DNA of 33,335 bases, from NCBI GenBank assembly GCA_964645535.1, contig CAZYCQ010000035.1:1-33335 (forward strand), read 5' to 3'. Positions 9,785 to 19,820 of this stretch are shown piece by piece (position 1 is the first letter of the stretch; each line of letters begins with the position of its first letter). This stretch comes from an uncultured archaeon (GTDB lineage: Archaea; Asgardarchaeota; Heimdallarchaeia; Heimdallarchaeales; Kariarchaeaceae). The position numbers were made by a program, and so were the translations under genes. Below the pieces are notes generated by a model. The model worked only from the letters and a program-made list of their open reading frames with translations. It searched no databases and was not told the origin of the DNA.

Positions 9785-9895
9785 GTGCCAAATTGCAAAT
9801 TCAAGATAATAATGATTGCCCTTCAGGCATTTAAGAAATCTTTTCCTCATCTTCAGTTGCCAAAATTTTTTACAGCCGAAATCAGAGCTTCCCAT

Positions 9896-11245
9896 ATGAC
9901 ATGGGGAACCACACATCTTGGGATTTCCATCATCTTGCTCCGAATGTTTTCTCCAAAACGGGTCAAGGAAAGGTATGAATCCAATAGAATCTATTTTTTT
10001 CTTGCAAGCCTAGGGGCGGAATTTCCAGATATTGATCTGCTTATCGGAGGACATCGTACATGGTCCCATTCTCTATTTTTTCCATTGGGTTTTCTGTTAA
10101 TCCTGTTTTCCCTCCCTGATGACCAAATAGCCCAAAGAATAGAAAATTGGAGAGATAAAAGTTTCTATCTCAAATTATTCGGAATACTTTGGGTAACCCA
10201 TCTGATGTATGACACATCCTTTGGACCAATTGCCCTTTTTTATCCAGTGGATCAAAGACTTTATGATATTACGGGAGGGATTGTCATGGTACTTGACAGC
10301 ACAAGAGTGGGATTGGGCGGTATTTTCATTGATGTTCGCCCAATTGATCCAAACATAGGGAAAAACATTTTTTTCGTTAATTGGACGGCTGAAGAACGTG
10401 TCGCATATTTCGGGAGCACAAGAATCAAATTCAGGGTTCTTGATTTCATGGTTCATTCGACAATTTTTCTCTATTGGCTTATTACAGTCTTATTCCCTGC
10501 CATCAAAGATATTACAGAACGAAATGAGAAGATCAGAAATACTGTTCAGAAATTGAAGATACCTAAGGTCTCTTTATTTAGTGGTTTGCAGTTTTTTGGA
10601 AGAACAAAATATCAAGCCCTTATTTTGATCGCAATCGCTCTTGTAGCATTTATAGCAGGGCCATCATATGGAGAACAATGGTCATATGAGGATCAGGGGG
10701 ACGTATCCTTCATTGTTCTCTCCGATACCCTTAGATTGGTTGGATCTCTTGATTTCAGTTTCCCTGAAGATGCAGAAGCTACGTTTGTGGTTAGTTTTCC
10801 GCAATCCACAATCAATTATAGTGTCATATGGGGTATTTTGGACAGCACCATCCGTCAGAAGATAGAAAACTTCACCAGTTCGTTGATTGATGAGTTTGAA
10901 CAGGGAAATAGGACATATCCGGAACTTGTGAGCGATTACAAAAAAGAACTGAATGGGACAGTAGGACCAATTTGGTCAGTAAGTCCTGCTGGAAATGCGT
11001 ATACCTTTAAGGTAGAACCACTTGACGGTGTGGGACAACGTACTCTTTCAATTGGATTTGCATTGTTTGAGTGGAACTTAACAAAATACTTCATTCGATC
11101 TGCAACAGTAAATGTAACCTATAAGATTCCTCGTGGAACAGAATACCAGACAGGGTGGGTTGTCTTTAGCTTGGCGTTGATTGCGGCCGCAATAATTGTT
11201 TTGAGGAAATGGAAACAAGATAAAAATAGTTTGAAGGATCGTTGA
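9896..11245 (+). CDS. YdjM/DUF457-like membrane metal-dependent hydrolase with a C-terminal extracellular extension
   Basis: TH...FPDID...HRTWSHSL...THLMYD...ALFYP motif set. Start reassigned to MTWGTTH at 9896, divergent from the AKR gene. Confidence 0.78.
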   Translation: MTWGTTHLGISIILLRMFSPKRVKERYESNRIYFFLASLGAEFPDIDLLIGGHRTWSHSLFFPLGFLLILFSLPDDQIAQRIENWRDKSFYLKLFGILWVTHLMYDTSFGPIALFYPVDQRLYDITGGIVMVLDSTRVGLGGIFIDVRPIDPNIGKNIFFVNWTAEERVAYFGSTRIKFRVLDFMVHSTIFLYWLITVLFPAIKDITERNEKIRNTVQKLKIPKVSLFSGLQFFGRTKYQALILIAIALVAFIAGPSYGEQWSYEDQGDVSFIVLSDTLRLVGSLDFSFPEDAEATFVVSFPQSTINYSVIWGILDSTIRQKIENFTSSLIDEFEQGNRTYPELVSDYKKELNGTVGPIWSVSPAGNAYTFKVEPLDGVGQRTLSIGFALFEWNLTKYFIRSATVNVTYKIPRGTEYQTGWVVFSLALIAAAIIVLRKWKQDKNSLKDR

Positions 11246-11352
11246 ACATATTTTGAATTTTCAAGCCATGACGACAATAAATTTTCAATTAAAGCACAAC
11301 ATGAATTTTTACAATGGTTGACTTTATCAATACAAGTTGGAAAAACAGTAGC

Positions 11353-13758
11353 ATGCAAAAACAAAGAATACTTCCAGTAGCATTGCTGACCATAATGCTG
11401 CTCATTCCAACAAATTCACAGGTTCAGCTCATTATTCCTGAAGCACAGGAAATTGATAGGGCATTTTCTGTTGAATTGAACAATGCAACTTTCTTTAAAT
11501 CCACAGCCCTCATCAATGAACTGGGAAGTCAATTCAGGAATGATGAGGACATCGAACTCAGTTTCTTCGATACTGATACAAAACGGGCAGGTGCGCCACA
11601 AACAATAACAGGACCTAGCTCGGATACTTTGAGCAATCTCGGGTTCACCCCTGAAACGGTTGCCATGATTAGAAACCTGACAAGTACCGATGAGATGTTT
11701 TCAATCAGATTAAACTATAATACCTTCATTATTCAAAATGGAACTATCAGAAATACGGTTCTCAAGAGTAACCAAAATCATGTCTTCCAAGTCAATCTGA
11801 TGAAAGGTCAACCATATGCCTTTTCAATCAAGATTTCCGGAGATTCACCGACAGAGACGATTCAAGTGACGGTCATTGATCCGAATGGCCAATCCTATTC
11901 CGAAATTCTGACGCTTTCCACCTCTCTTTTGGACATTCGGACAGTGTTCCCCAGTGTTTCAGGAAACTATTCAATCATTATGCTACCATTGACAGGAAAC
12001 GTAATGGTTGAGCAATTGGACATCATTACTGGAATAACCCCAATACCATTCACAGGAGGATATACAGAAACCGTTAACGGGACTGCCTCTACACTTAAGG
12101 TCTATTCCTACAATTCATCATCCACATTGAGGTTGCTGGATGTCGGAAGCTTAACTTATATTCCAGGAGAATTGCAAAACTATGCCAGACCTGCGGATCT
12201 TCTAGGGGAAATAAGGGTTCGAGTGCTTTCCCCTTCGTTCGGATTCTTTGGTTCAACAGTTGGAACTTCGCTTTCGTTTATTTCTCAATCAACCATCTAC
12301 ATTTCGGTGGAAATTCTCCCACCCAATGAAGCGGATCCATTTATTAAAGCTGAAAAGAACAGACTGGGACTTCCTTCTGGGTTCTACGCAGAATACTCAT
12401 TTTGGGTAGATGAGAAAGACATTCCCACACTTCCAACAGGACCGGTTGCGATTGAATATCCAACTTCTACGACCAAAAACCTGTATACCTTTTCTTCCGC
12501 AACACCCTTCGTTCCTAGTTTAAATGGAACCGTGAACACCATACAGGCCTCATTCTACGAAATCAACACAATGGAGAGTTTTCTGATCTCAGAAGGGAAC
12601 ATCATTGAAAATCATCCCACATCACTGGATATTCTTCCGGCAGGTGATTATTTGATTGCAATTAGTGATACCTCAACCGGACCCAATGCATTTGAGATCA
12701 ATTTTCTCACACCGACAGACCTTCCTGCAGAAGGTACCATTTCCTTGACTTTTGACCTGTATGCTGGAAAATTGCTCAGGCTTCCCAACAATAAACTTCT
12801 GTTTGAAATCTTCAATGCGACATATTTAGATCATTTCAATCTTTCAGTGAATTTCAGATTTTCTTTGTTTAATTCTCTAGGGGACAGAGTGGAGAGCCAT
12901 ACGAAACTATTCGAGCAATATGCCAGCAGAACAGATCCTCTTTTTGCTTCTGATAACAATACAATCTTCGGACCAGCCTTAAATCAAGACATGAAATTCC
13001 ATACCGTAGGAACAAATTGGCTATTGATCACATATACTGGGAACACGGTCTGGAATTCATCCATTTCATTGCCAACCCCACTTTCGACGAACAATGAATC
13101 ATTCCAGGCGACGATAGAACTAAGCAGAACAGATTATTGGGAAACAAAAGAAGCGAAGGATCCATTATCATTCCACATTTCCGGAATTTTGAATACTGAT
13201 TTCTCAGATCCATTGAATGCTTCGGTTTCAGAAATTGTCTATCGAATGACCTATCCGCTAGTGGATGGAGGAAACTACCTTTCAATAAGAACAGAAAATC
13301 ATTCCTTTAGCGGTTTTATTCTTGCGGCAATGGACGATCAAATCATACAAATCAATCCGACAGCCACTACAATAAATGGAACAACCTTTTATTCCTTTGA
13401 TTTCTTTACACCGGGAGTAAGTGGCATTACCTATGGTTTCGTTCTGGTCTTCAATTATACTGCAACTCCACAAACAGATGACGGGGTGTTGCAGGTCAAT
13501 ATCGAACAAGCAGCCGCCAATTCAATTGATGTGGAATTTCCATCCATAATTCCAATTGAGTTCAAAGACCTAAGCCAAACAAATCCAGAAATTTCCATTG
13601 AGACCTCCATTTCCACGAGTAACACCTCTCCTGAAGGAAGTCAGGAACAGGGATTGAACACCACAGATTTATTGCTATATGGAGGAATCTCCCTTGCAGT
13701 TGTTGCATTAGGGGGAGTAATTTTTTATGTGGTTAGAAAACGTCGTTCTAAACTATAG
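11353..13758 (+). CDS. Large cell-surface glycoprotein (signal peptide, beta-rich domains, C-terminal TM anchor)
   Basis: Signal peptide MQKQRILPVALLTIMLL, many sequons, a PPC-like segment (VTVIDPNGQ...SGNYSIIM), an S/T linker, and a TM helix with RKRR tail. Confidence 0.8.
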   Translation: MQKQRILPVALLTIMLLIPTNSQVQLIIPEAQEIDRAFSVELNNATFFKSTALINELGSQFRNDEDIELSFFDTDTKRAGAPQTITGPSSDTLSNLGFTPETVAMIRNLTSTDEMFSIRLNYNTFIIQNGTIRNTVLKSNQNHVFQVNLMKGQPYAFSIKISGDSPTETIQVTVIDPNGQSYSEILTLSTSLLDIRTVFPSVSGNYSIIMLPLTGNVMVEQLDIITGITPIPFTGGYTETVNGTASTLKVYSYNSSSTLRLLDVGSLTYIPGELQNYARPADLLGEIRVRVLSPSFGFFGSTVGTSLSFISQSTIYISVEILPPNEADPFIKAEKNRLGLPSGFYAEYSFWVDEKDIPTLPTGPVAIEYPTSTTKNLYTFSSATPFVPSLNGTVNTIQASFYEINTMESFLISEGNIIENHPTSLDILPAGDYLIAISDTSTGPNAFEINFLTPTDLPAEGTISLTFDLYAGKLLRLPNNKLLFEIFNATYLDHFNLSVNFRFSLFNSLGDRVESHTKLFEQYASRTDPLFASDNNTIFGPALNQDMKFHTVGTNWLLITYTGNTVWNSSISLPTPLSTNNESFQATIELSRTDYWETKEAKDPLSFHISGILNTDFSDPLNASVSEIVYRMTYPLVDGGNYLSIRTENHSFSGFILAAMDDQIIQINPTATTINGTTFYSFDFFTPGVSGITYGFVLVFNYTATPQTDDGVLQVNIEQAAANSIDVEFPSIIPIEFKDLSQTNPEISIETSISTSNTSPEGSQEQGLNTTDLLLYGGISLAVVALGGVIFYVVRKRRSKL

Positions 13759-14754
13759 TCCATAGAATTTTCCCATCAAATAGTTGGATAGATTGGCACT
13801 GAACAGTCTCTGTGCAACAGAAATGGCAAGAACTTGAAACATAGACCCAACCTTATAGTGAGGTTTGAGCTTTTTCTTTCTGAGGAGTTTTTCCAATTTC
13901 CTCGATACAACAAGAGGGGGTGGAGCAAGAATAAGGTTTCTTACGATATGACGCCAAACCTCGATCTCTTTTTTCCTCAGGATATGCTTTTGCTCTTCAC
14001 TCAAATATTCGGGAAAATCCAAAAATTCCATGGAATCTTCCAGTGAACGGATATCAAGCATATCAACTTCCCTACCCAAGGTTTCTGTAACCGAGGCTGT
14101 GTTAAAGGATGTATTGATGTCTCCAGGATCAATGGAACAGACCTGAATTCCTAGCGGGTTGAGCTCCAATCGCAGGGATTCAGTGAGATTGTGCAAAGCA
14201 GCCTTTGAAGCAGAGTAATGAGCTTGGAATGGGATCCCAAAATAAGCAGCCAAGGAGGCAGTATTGATGATTTTTGGGCTATGACTCTTGAGGAGGAAAG
14301 GAAGGGAATTTCTGATTACTTGAAGTTGAGCAAGGACGTTGACCTCGAATTGCCTCCTTTCCTTGACCAGATCCATTTGGATTGCTGAACCAAAGAGGCC
14401 ATAGCCGGCATTGTTGATGAGGAAATCCAAGTGATCCCAATCACTTTCCAATTTCGAAAACAATTCGGTGATTGAGACAGGGTCAGTGATGTCACATTTC
14501 TCAAAAACAATCGCATCAATGAGTGAATCCAGGTCAGATAGCAATTCTTGAGGAACAAGCAATTTCCGACGTTCCACCCTCCCATCCCGTATCCTATATG
14601 AGGAATTATCCCTCAGGAATTGAGATTCCAAAATATCCGCATCCTTTGCCGACCTAGCGACACCAATTACATCATATCCTTTAGATTTAAGATAAATGGC
14701 ATGAGAAAGACCAAGACCAGAAGTTGCACCAGTGATCAATGTCGTTCTTTTCAT
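13753..14754 (-). CDS. Short-chain dehydrogenase/reductase (SDR)
   Basis: TGATSGLG, NNAGYG, YSASK and DPGD motifs. Confidence 0.92.
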   Translation of the reverse strand: MKRTTLITGATSGLGLSHAIYLKSKGYDVIGVARSAKDADILESQFLRDNSSYRIRDGRVERRKLLVPQELLSDLDSLIDAIVFEKCDITDPVSITELFSKLESDWDHLDFLINNAGYGLFGSAIQMDLVKERRQFEVNVLAQLQVIRNSLPFLLKSHSPKIINTASLAAYFGIPFQAHYSASKAALHNLTESLRLELNPLGIQVCSIDPGDINTSFNTASVTETLGREVDMLDIRSLEDSMEFLDFPEYLSEEQKHILRKKEIEVWRHIVRNLILAPPPLVVSRKLEKLLRKKKLKPHYKVGSMFQVLAISVAQRLFSANLSNYLMGKFYGL

Positions 14755-14795
14755 TGATTGTCAAAGATAAGGTTGACGTATAAATTTTGTAGGTG

Positions 14796-16088
14796 TCATA
14801 GTATGTGTTCGGGAACTTCCGATCTGTCTTTTGCAAGAATTGCATGAGAATTGTCCATTGTCAAGATAATACGAGATGCCCTTTCATAAAACAGATACGA
14901 CCATGCCCAGTTTAACAGAACCATAATCCGATTTCTGAATCCCACCAGTTTCATGAGGTGAAGGAATAACCAAGAGAGCCAAGCCACAAATCCCTTGAAT
15001 TTCAATCGTTTTGTTTTAACTATTGCTTTGTTCCGTCCCAAAATTGTCATGGATCCTTTATCCTTATACTTGAATAGTTTCAGTGGCTTTCCATACAAGG
15101 TTCTAAGGATATTTTCAGCGGCCAATTCACCCATCTGTATCGCAGCAGGGGCTACCTGAGGTATAAACTGATCCTTCAACGCGGCCAAATCACCAATTGC
15201 ATAGATGTTTTCAAATTCAAGTGTCCTCAATGTTTTGTTTACCAAGATTTGCTTTCTTTTGTTCAGCGGGAGATGCCAATCATTCAGGATTTCAGGACCT
15301 TGAATACCTGCAGCCCATACTACAGTCCGTGTCATGATTTTTTCTCCATTTGATAAGGTTACGGATGAGGAAGTAACTTCAGTGACACTTATACCCGTAT
15401 GCAGAACTATGCCTTTTCTTTGTAGCTCTTTCATGGCATAATCCCTTTGATCCTCGGGATATCCTTTGAGTACTTTCGGATTGGCTTCAATTAAATGAAC
15501 TTGAGGCACCCAAGGTCGCAGTTCCTTGAAATCCTTCTTGAGGGGCCCATCAATGAGTTCCTGCAAGGAGGTTGCAAATTCCACACCTGTTGGACCTCCT
15601 CCAACAATAACAAAATTGAGGAGAGGAAGCCTTCGAGCAGGGTCAAGTTCAAATGATGCTTTTTCAAACATGGAAAGGATATGATTCCTAAGTTTTAGCG
15701 CTTGAGGAATGGTTTTCAGGGGGAAGGCGTATTCCCTTGCGCCTGATACCCCAAAGAATGCGGTCTGGCTACCTAGAGCAACAATCAGAAAATCATAGGG
15801 GATTGATCCCTCATTGGTGATTACTAAATTTTCTTCAGGAATAACTTGAAGAACCTCTGCCTTGATGAAACCCACATTTTTGCTTTTCCTGAACATTTGT
15901 CTAACAGGATAGGCGATCTGCTCAATTTCAATTTCTGCGGCTGCAACTTGATAGAGAAGCGGAAGAAAGGTATGAAAGTTATTCCGATCGATTACCAAGA
16001 CATCAACAGGCTTGTTTCGGAGTTTTTTGGCAGCCCAAAGCCCACCAAATCCAGCACCCAATATTACAACCCTAGGTCTGTAGGACAT
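14796..16088 (-). CDS. ndh: Type II NADH:quinone oxidoreductase
   Basis: GAGFGG, FLPLLYQVA, VGGGPTGVE, WAAG, AIGD, APAAIQMG, YKDKGSM and the C-terminal amphipathic WLSWLFLHL. Confidence 0.9.
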   Translation of the reverse strand: MSYRPRVVILGAGFGGLWAAKKLRNKPVDVLVIDRNNFHTFLPLLYQVAAAEIEIEQIAYPVRQMFRKSKNVGFIKAEVLQVIPEENLVITNEGSIPYDFLIVALGSQTAFFGVSGAREYAFPLKTIPQALKLRNHILSMFEKASFELDPARRLPLLNFVIVGGGPTGVEFATSLQELIDGPLKKDFKELRPWVPQVHLIEANPKVLKGYPEDQRDYAMKELQRKGIVLHTGISVTEVTSSSVTLSNGEKIMTRTVVWAAGIQGPEILNDWHLPLNKRKQILVNKTLRTLEFENIYAIGDLAALKDQFIPQVAPAAIQMGELAAENILRTLYGKPLKLFKYKDKGSMTILGRNKAIVKTKRLKFKGFVAWLSWLFLHLMKLVGFRNRIMVLLNWAWSYLFYERASRIILTMDNSHAILAKDRSEVPEHIL

Positions 16089-16389
16089 CTTCGCTTAATA
16101 TATTGATGATGAAGGAAAAATACTTCTGGACAAGGAATATTTACTTTTTTTTGAGAAATTGCGTTCAGAATTCGAATTCTTCAATGAAAAAGAGTTCGAA
16201 AATCGATGTGGATTTGAATTGATCCAATTATGACACCAATGTGCATCATTTTTCAAAACATGAACCACATATCCAAAGAATACGAAATTCGGCGACCGAA
16301 AGTGGTGAAAAATGACGGATTTAGACACAAGTATTTAAATCTAGTGAGAACATAGGTTACTTACAATTAGATAGAATTGTAAATGAAAT

Positions 16390-17430
16390 TCACGATGTTT
16401 GAGGGGTCTGATGGGACTTCAGGAATTCTAGTAATTCATCGACCTTGTTTTCTTTCAAATAACCAACAATGAGATCATCGAGTTTCCAATCAGGTTCTTT
16501 CGGTTCCTGCAATTGCCACCATTCATAAGTGTGTTGTAAACCCTTTCTGTAATTGAATTCAAACTTGAATCCGAGCGCATTTTCTACTTTGCGCGAATCA
16601 AGACCATAAACCCCAGTCGGGGGATACGGATAAAAGAATAGGTGGGGCGGCCAATTCAGTTTCTTCAACTCAGACATCGGCAAGTAAAGGATTTCAGCCT
16701 CAATGCCAATTATTTCGCTCACAATTTTGGCGAAAATATTCCCTGTGAGCATTTTTCCAAAACTACCATTGAAAGCTTCTCCGACCACTTTTTCTGCAGG
16801 GGCATTCCCCAGTTGAATCATAAGTTCTGCCAAATCATCAACATGGATTAGGTCAAAGACGGCTTCCCCATTTCCAGGAAGAATCAATGGACGTCCTCTA
16901 GAAATTCTGTCAAAAAAGTAAGCTTCCCTATACATGTAATTGTCGGGCCCATAAACAAAAGTCGGGCGCACCATAGTAACGGGAAAACCGTCTGAATGTG
17001 CTTTCCAGAGCACTTTTTCTGCTCCACGTTTATTATTCATGTAGGGATGCTCGCCCTCAGCGATTGGACCAATTTCGTAATTTTCATCAATGGGAATGTG
17101 GTCGGGCAGTTTGTCGAGTTGGTAAACAGAAGCTGTGGAAACATGGACATGGCGACCGACATTTCCATTCAATAGGTTCACAACAATCTCGGCCTGCTTT
17201 TCAGTGATGCACGAAACATCATAGACGATATCGAATTTTTGCCCTTCAAGTGCTTCACGCATTTGATCTTCGGAATTTCGGTCAACTTTCTTTGCAACTG
17301 CTCCTTCGGGAAGGTATTGATCTTCAGGAACATTCCCTCGATTCAAGACAAGGACATCATGACCTTTCAGTTTTTGTAAAAGATGACGACCGATGAACCT
17401 TGAACCGCCCAATACAAGAATTTTGGTCAT
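16390..17430 (-). CDS. NAD-dependent epimerase/dehydratase (atypical SDR)
   Basis: LGGSRFIG, NRG, STASVY, YMNNK, RPTFVYGP and HVDDLA motifs. Confidence 0.88.
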   Translation of the reverse strand: MTKILVLGGSRFIGRHLLQKLKGHDVLVLNRGNVPEDQYLPEGAVAKKVDRNSEDQMREALEGQKFDIVYDVSCITEKQAEIVVNLLNGNVGRHVHVSTASVYQLDKLPDHIPIDENYEIGPIAEGEHPYMNNKRGAEKVLWKAHSDGFPVTMVRPTFVYGPDNYMYREAYFFDRISRGRPLILPGNGEAVFDLIHVDDLAELMIQLGNAPAEKVVGEAFNGSFGKMLTGNIFAKIVSEIIGIEAEILYLPMSELKKLNWPPHLFFYPYPPTGVYGLDSRKVENALGFKFEFNYRKGLQHTYEWWQLQEPKEPDWKLDDLIVGYLKENKVDELLEFLKSHQTPQTS

Positions 17431-17518
17431 GAAAAAACAAAAGGAGAACTAAGATTTAAACATTTAAGCTGGGACAATTGCACCATTTCAAAGAAATTTC
17501 ACCATTTGATAGAGAGAA

Positions 17519-18775
17519 TTAAAGAAATTCTACCTTTGCAGAATAGTAAATCAATTCAACCCTGTTTTCACCAACAAACAGGTTGGGTGGGATACGTGTA
17601 TCGAAATATTTCCGAAAAAGCGAAAGGTGACCAAGTGAAACTTTGGTTTTCTGAGATTTTCCTTGGCTTCCAAGATAGACGAGGCTTTCAAGCTTGTTGG
17701 AAAATTGGCGTGGACCAATTTCCATATAGTTTACTCCCCTTTTCTCAAATGAACGCAAATTGGAACTTTTCGAATTTCTCAGCACCTTAAGCAACCTGTC
17801 TTTTTGGAGAGGTTTAAGTCCGAGACCAAAGAATGCGGATCCCATTCGGAAAAGATGGAATAATCCCAAGTTATAAACCTTGGAAATCCGTTGCAAATCG
17901 GAGATTGCATGAAGATACGAATGATACCTGAGAATGGGAACAAACATTTTTGTTCCAACAACCCTATTACTCACTGACGCAGAATAGAAATGTTCCCCAG
18001 ACCTTAGCCTCAGTCGGTATCTGGGGAAAAGGTTTTTCTTAGATCTTAAACAAAATTTATTTTGTCGGTCATTGCCTCGCAAAAGGCTCCTGAGGCGGGC
18101 AAACTTTCCTAAACGGATGTCTACCCCATGTATATCTGCCATTACCTGTTCAAAAGGTTTTTGCCGGAGTGATGGCTCATCAATAATAGTACATGGAAGA
18201 CCTGTTTTTGAATTAATGGTATAAGGGACACGAATGATTCTTCGAGTGTCGACAGTCACGGGATGATCAAAGTGGAAGTTTTCCATTCTTTCGACCAACT
18301 CCCGACGTTTTTCTTCGGCCTGATCCTCAATACTTTCCCCATAATCATAAGTGAAGGGATCTTGATAGACAAGATGAAATCCCTTTGAGCCAGAGAATGC
18401 ACAATATTTGAGAACCCATTCTTGATCGCGACCGAATTGATAGATCTTTCTTGTCTCTTGGAATGCCAGCTTCAAATTTTCCTTTTCATCGATATCGAAA
18501 ACCAGATCCATTTTGAAAAACTGGCTTGAATCTTTGCCTCTGATACCCACCTTGGTTGGATTCCGGAAATAGGCTACAGAATAATAAACATCAATTGGCT
18601 TGACTCGCATAAGATAATTCCACAACTCTTTGGAACTTTTCATTCTATGGTGTACCTTCTTGAAAGAGCCATTGGAGAGCACAACCCTGAAATGCCTGAA
18701 TTTGAGGAAATCAATCGGGATTTCAGGGGATGGGGTGGAGTAATATTTCCCTATTGATTCTCTATTGTATCTCAA
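17519..18775 (-). CDS. Archaeo-eukaryotic primase (PriS-like) catalytic domain with an extra C-terminal domain
   Basis: PIDVYYSVAYF, motif I DLVFDID, motif II FSGSKGFH, motif III D..VTVDTRRIIRVPYTINSKTGL; TTG start. Confidence 0.85.
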   Translation of the reverse strand: MRYNRESIGKYYSTPSPEIPIDFLKFRHFRVVLSNGSFKKVHHRMKSSKELWNYLMRVKPIDVYYSVAYFRNPTKVGIRGKDSSQFFKMDLVFDIDEKENLKLAFQETRKIYQFGRDQEWVLKYCAFSGSKGFHLVYQDPFTYDYGESIEDQAEEKRRELVERMENFHFDHPVTVDTRRIIRVPYTINSKTGLPCTIIDEPSLRQKPFEQVMADIHGVDIRLGKFARLRSLLRGNDRQNKFCLRSKKNLFPRYRLRLRSGEHFYSASVSNRVVGTKMFVPILRYHSYLHAISDLQRISKVYNLGLFHLFRMGSAFFGLGLKPLQKDRLLKVLRNSKSSNLRSFEKRGVNYMEIGPRQFSNKLESLVYLGSQGKSQKTKVSLGHLSLFRKYFDTRIPPNLFVGENRVELIYYSAKVEFL

Positions 18776-18816
18776 CGAATGGGATCCCTCCGGGAATTAA
18801 TTAAAGATGAACAAAA

Positions 18817-19260
18817 TCAAGAGGCAGAATGTTCATTATTTGCCAATTGTTCTTCCAAAAAAAACGTCTTGAGAAATTTCGTTCGATGTTTTTTGATGAA
18901 TTTTTTCAAACCCTTTTCCATTCGGTCGTCAGAAAATCTTTTTTCATTAAGATTTGAAAATAATTCATTGATTATCTGTTCCTCGGGTTCATCAGCATCC
19001 AATGGAGGTAATAATTCATAGCGTTTAAGGGCCAGATAAAATTGGACGTATCTTATCCTTTTACTTGCAATTCGATATTTTTGAGATATGTTTGTTGAAC
19101 CACAAAGTTCACAGAACTCCGCCTTTTCTGGATTTTTATGCAGGCAATCACTGCATAAGTAGTCATCAACATGTCTATCTTGAAAATTCAGTAACAAAAG
19201 GATGAGCAAAATCACAACGAGGAACCAGAATATCATTGCAATGCTGATTTCCATAAACAT
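18817..19260 (-). CDS. Membrane-anchored zinc-ribbon protein (paralogue 1)
   Basis: N-terminal TM helix; CSDC...NP....FCELCGS; shares LLPPLD and TFFLEE with the neighbouring gene. Confidence 0.82.
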   Translation of the reverse strand: MFMEISIAMIFWFLVVILLILLLLNFQDRHVDDYLCSDCLHKNPEKAEFCELCGSTNISQKYRIASKRIRYVQFYLALKRYELLPPLDADEPEEQIINELFSNLNEKRFSDDRMEKGLKKFIKKHRTKFLKTFFLEEQLANNEHSAS

Positions 19261-19294
19261 GGTAAAAGATGGGAATTAAAAAATATTCTTGATT

Positions 19295-19735
19295 TTAGTT
19301 GTGTTCCTCTAAAAAAAAGGTTCTGAAATATGTTAATGCAAATTTGTCAATATAATCTCTTAATCCTTGTTCTAAATTAGTTCCCTTGAACCCTTGTTCT
19401 TCCATGTTTCTGAATAGTTCCTCGATAAGTTCCCCATCCGTCCTGTTTTCATCAAGGGGAGGGAGAAGATGATACTTTTTTAGGTTGGAATAAAACTGTA
19501 GGTAATGCATCCGAGCCTCTTGCACGACAAATTTTCGTTCCAGTTTTGAAGAACCACACAACTCGCAAAAGGATGAACTATCAGGATTTTTATGAAGACA
19601 AGAATCACATATCAAATCATATTTATTGTCAGAGAAATTTAATTTCTCATTAGTGGATAATGAAGTGATTATGTAAGGAATTAAAAAAAGTAAAATAAGT
19701 ACCACGAAAGAGGTTAAATAAAAGATGTCACTCAT
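19295..19735 (-). CDS. Membrane-anchored zinc-ribbon protein (paralogue 2)
   Basis: N-terminal TM helix; CDSC...NP....FCELCGS; LLPPLD and TFFLEE. Confidence 0.82.
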   Translation of the reverse strand: MSDIFYLTSFVVLILLFLIPYIITSLSTNEKLNFSDNKYDLICDSCLHKNPDSSSFCELCGSSKLERKFVVQEARMHYLQFYSNLKKYHLLPPLDENRTDGELIEELFRNMEEQGFKGTNLEQGLRDYIDKFALTYFRTFFLEEHN

Positions 19736-19820
19736 GACAATGGTTTAACCTGTAATTTTTTTAAGATATCGAGATTAGGTGGGAAGTGATATTAGAATTT
19801 TCAGATTTTTGTTTCGTTCT

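Noticed and set aside
9779-9916. Apparent head-to-head overlap of the AKR and hydrolase ORFs
   Set aside because: It disappears when the starts are moved to 9784 and 9896, where family similarity begins.
16095-16328. 77-aa minus ORF and a plus-strand protein-like stretch at 16102-16233 (IDDEGKILLDKEY...)
   Set aside because: The minus ORF has no motifs, and the plus stretch lacks a standard start at its beginning; neither can be supported.
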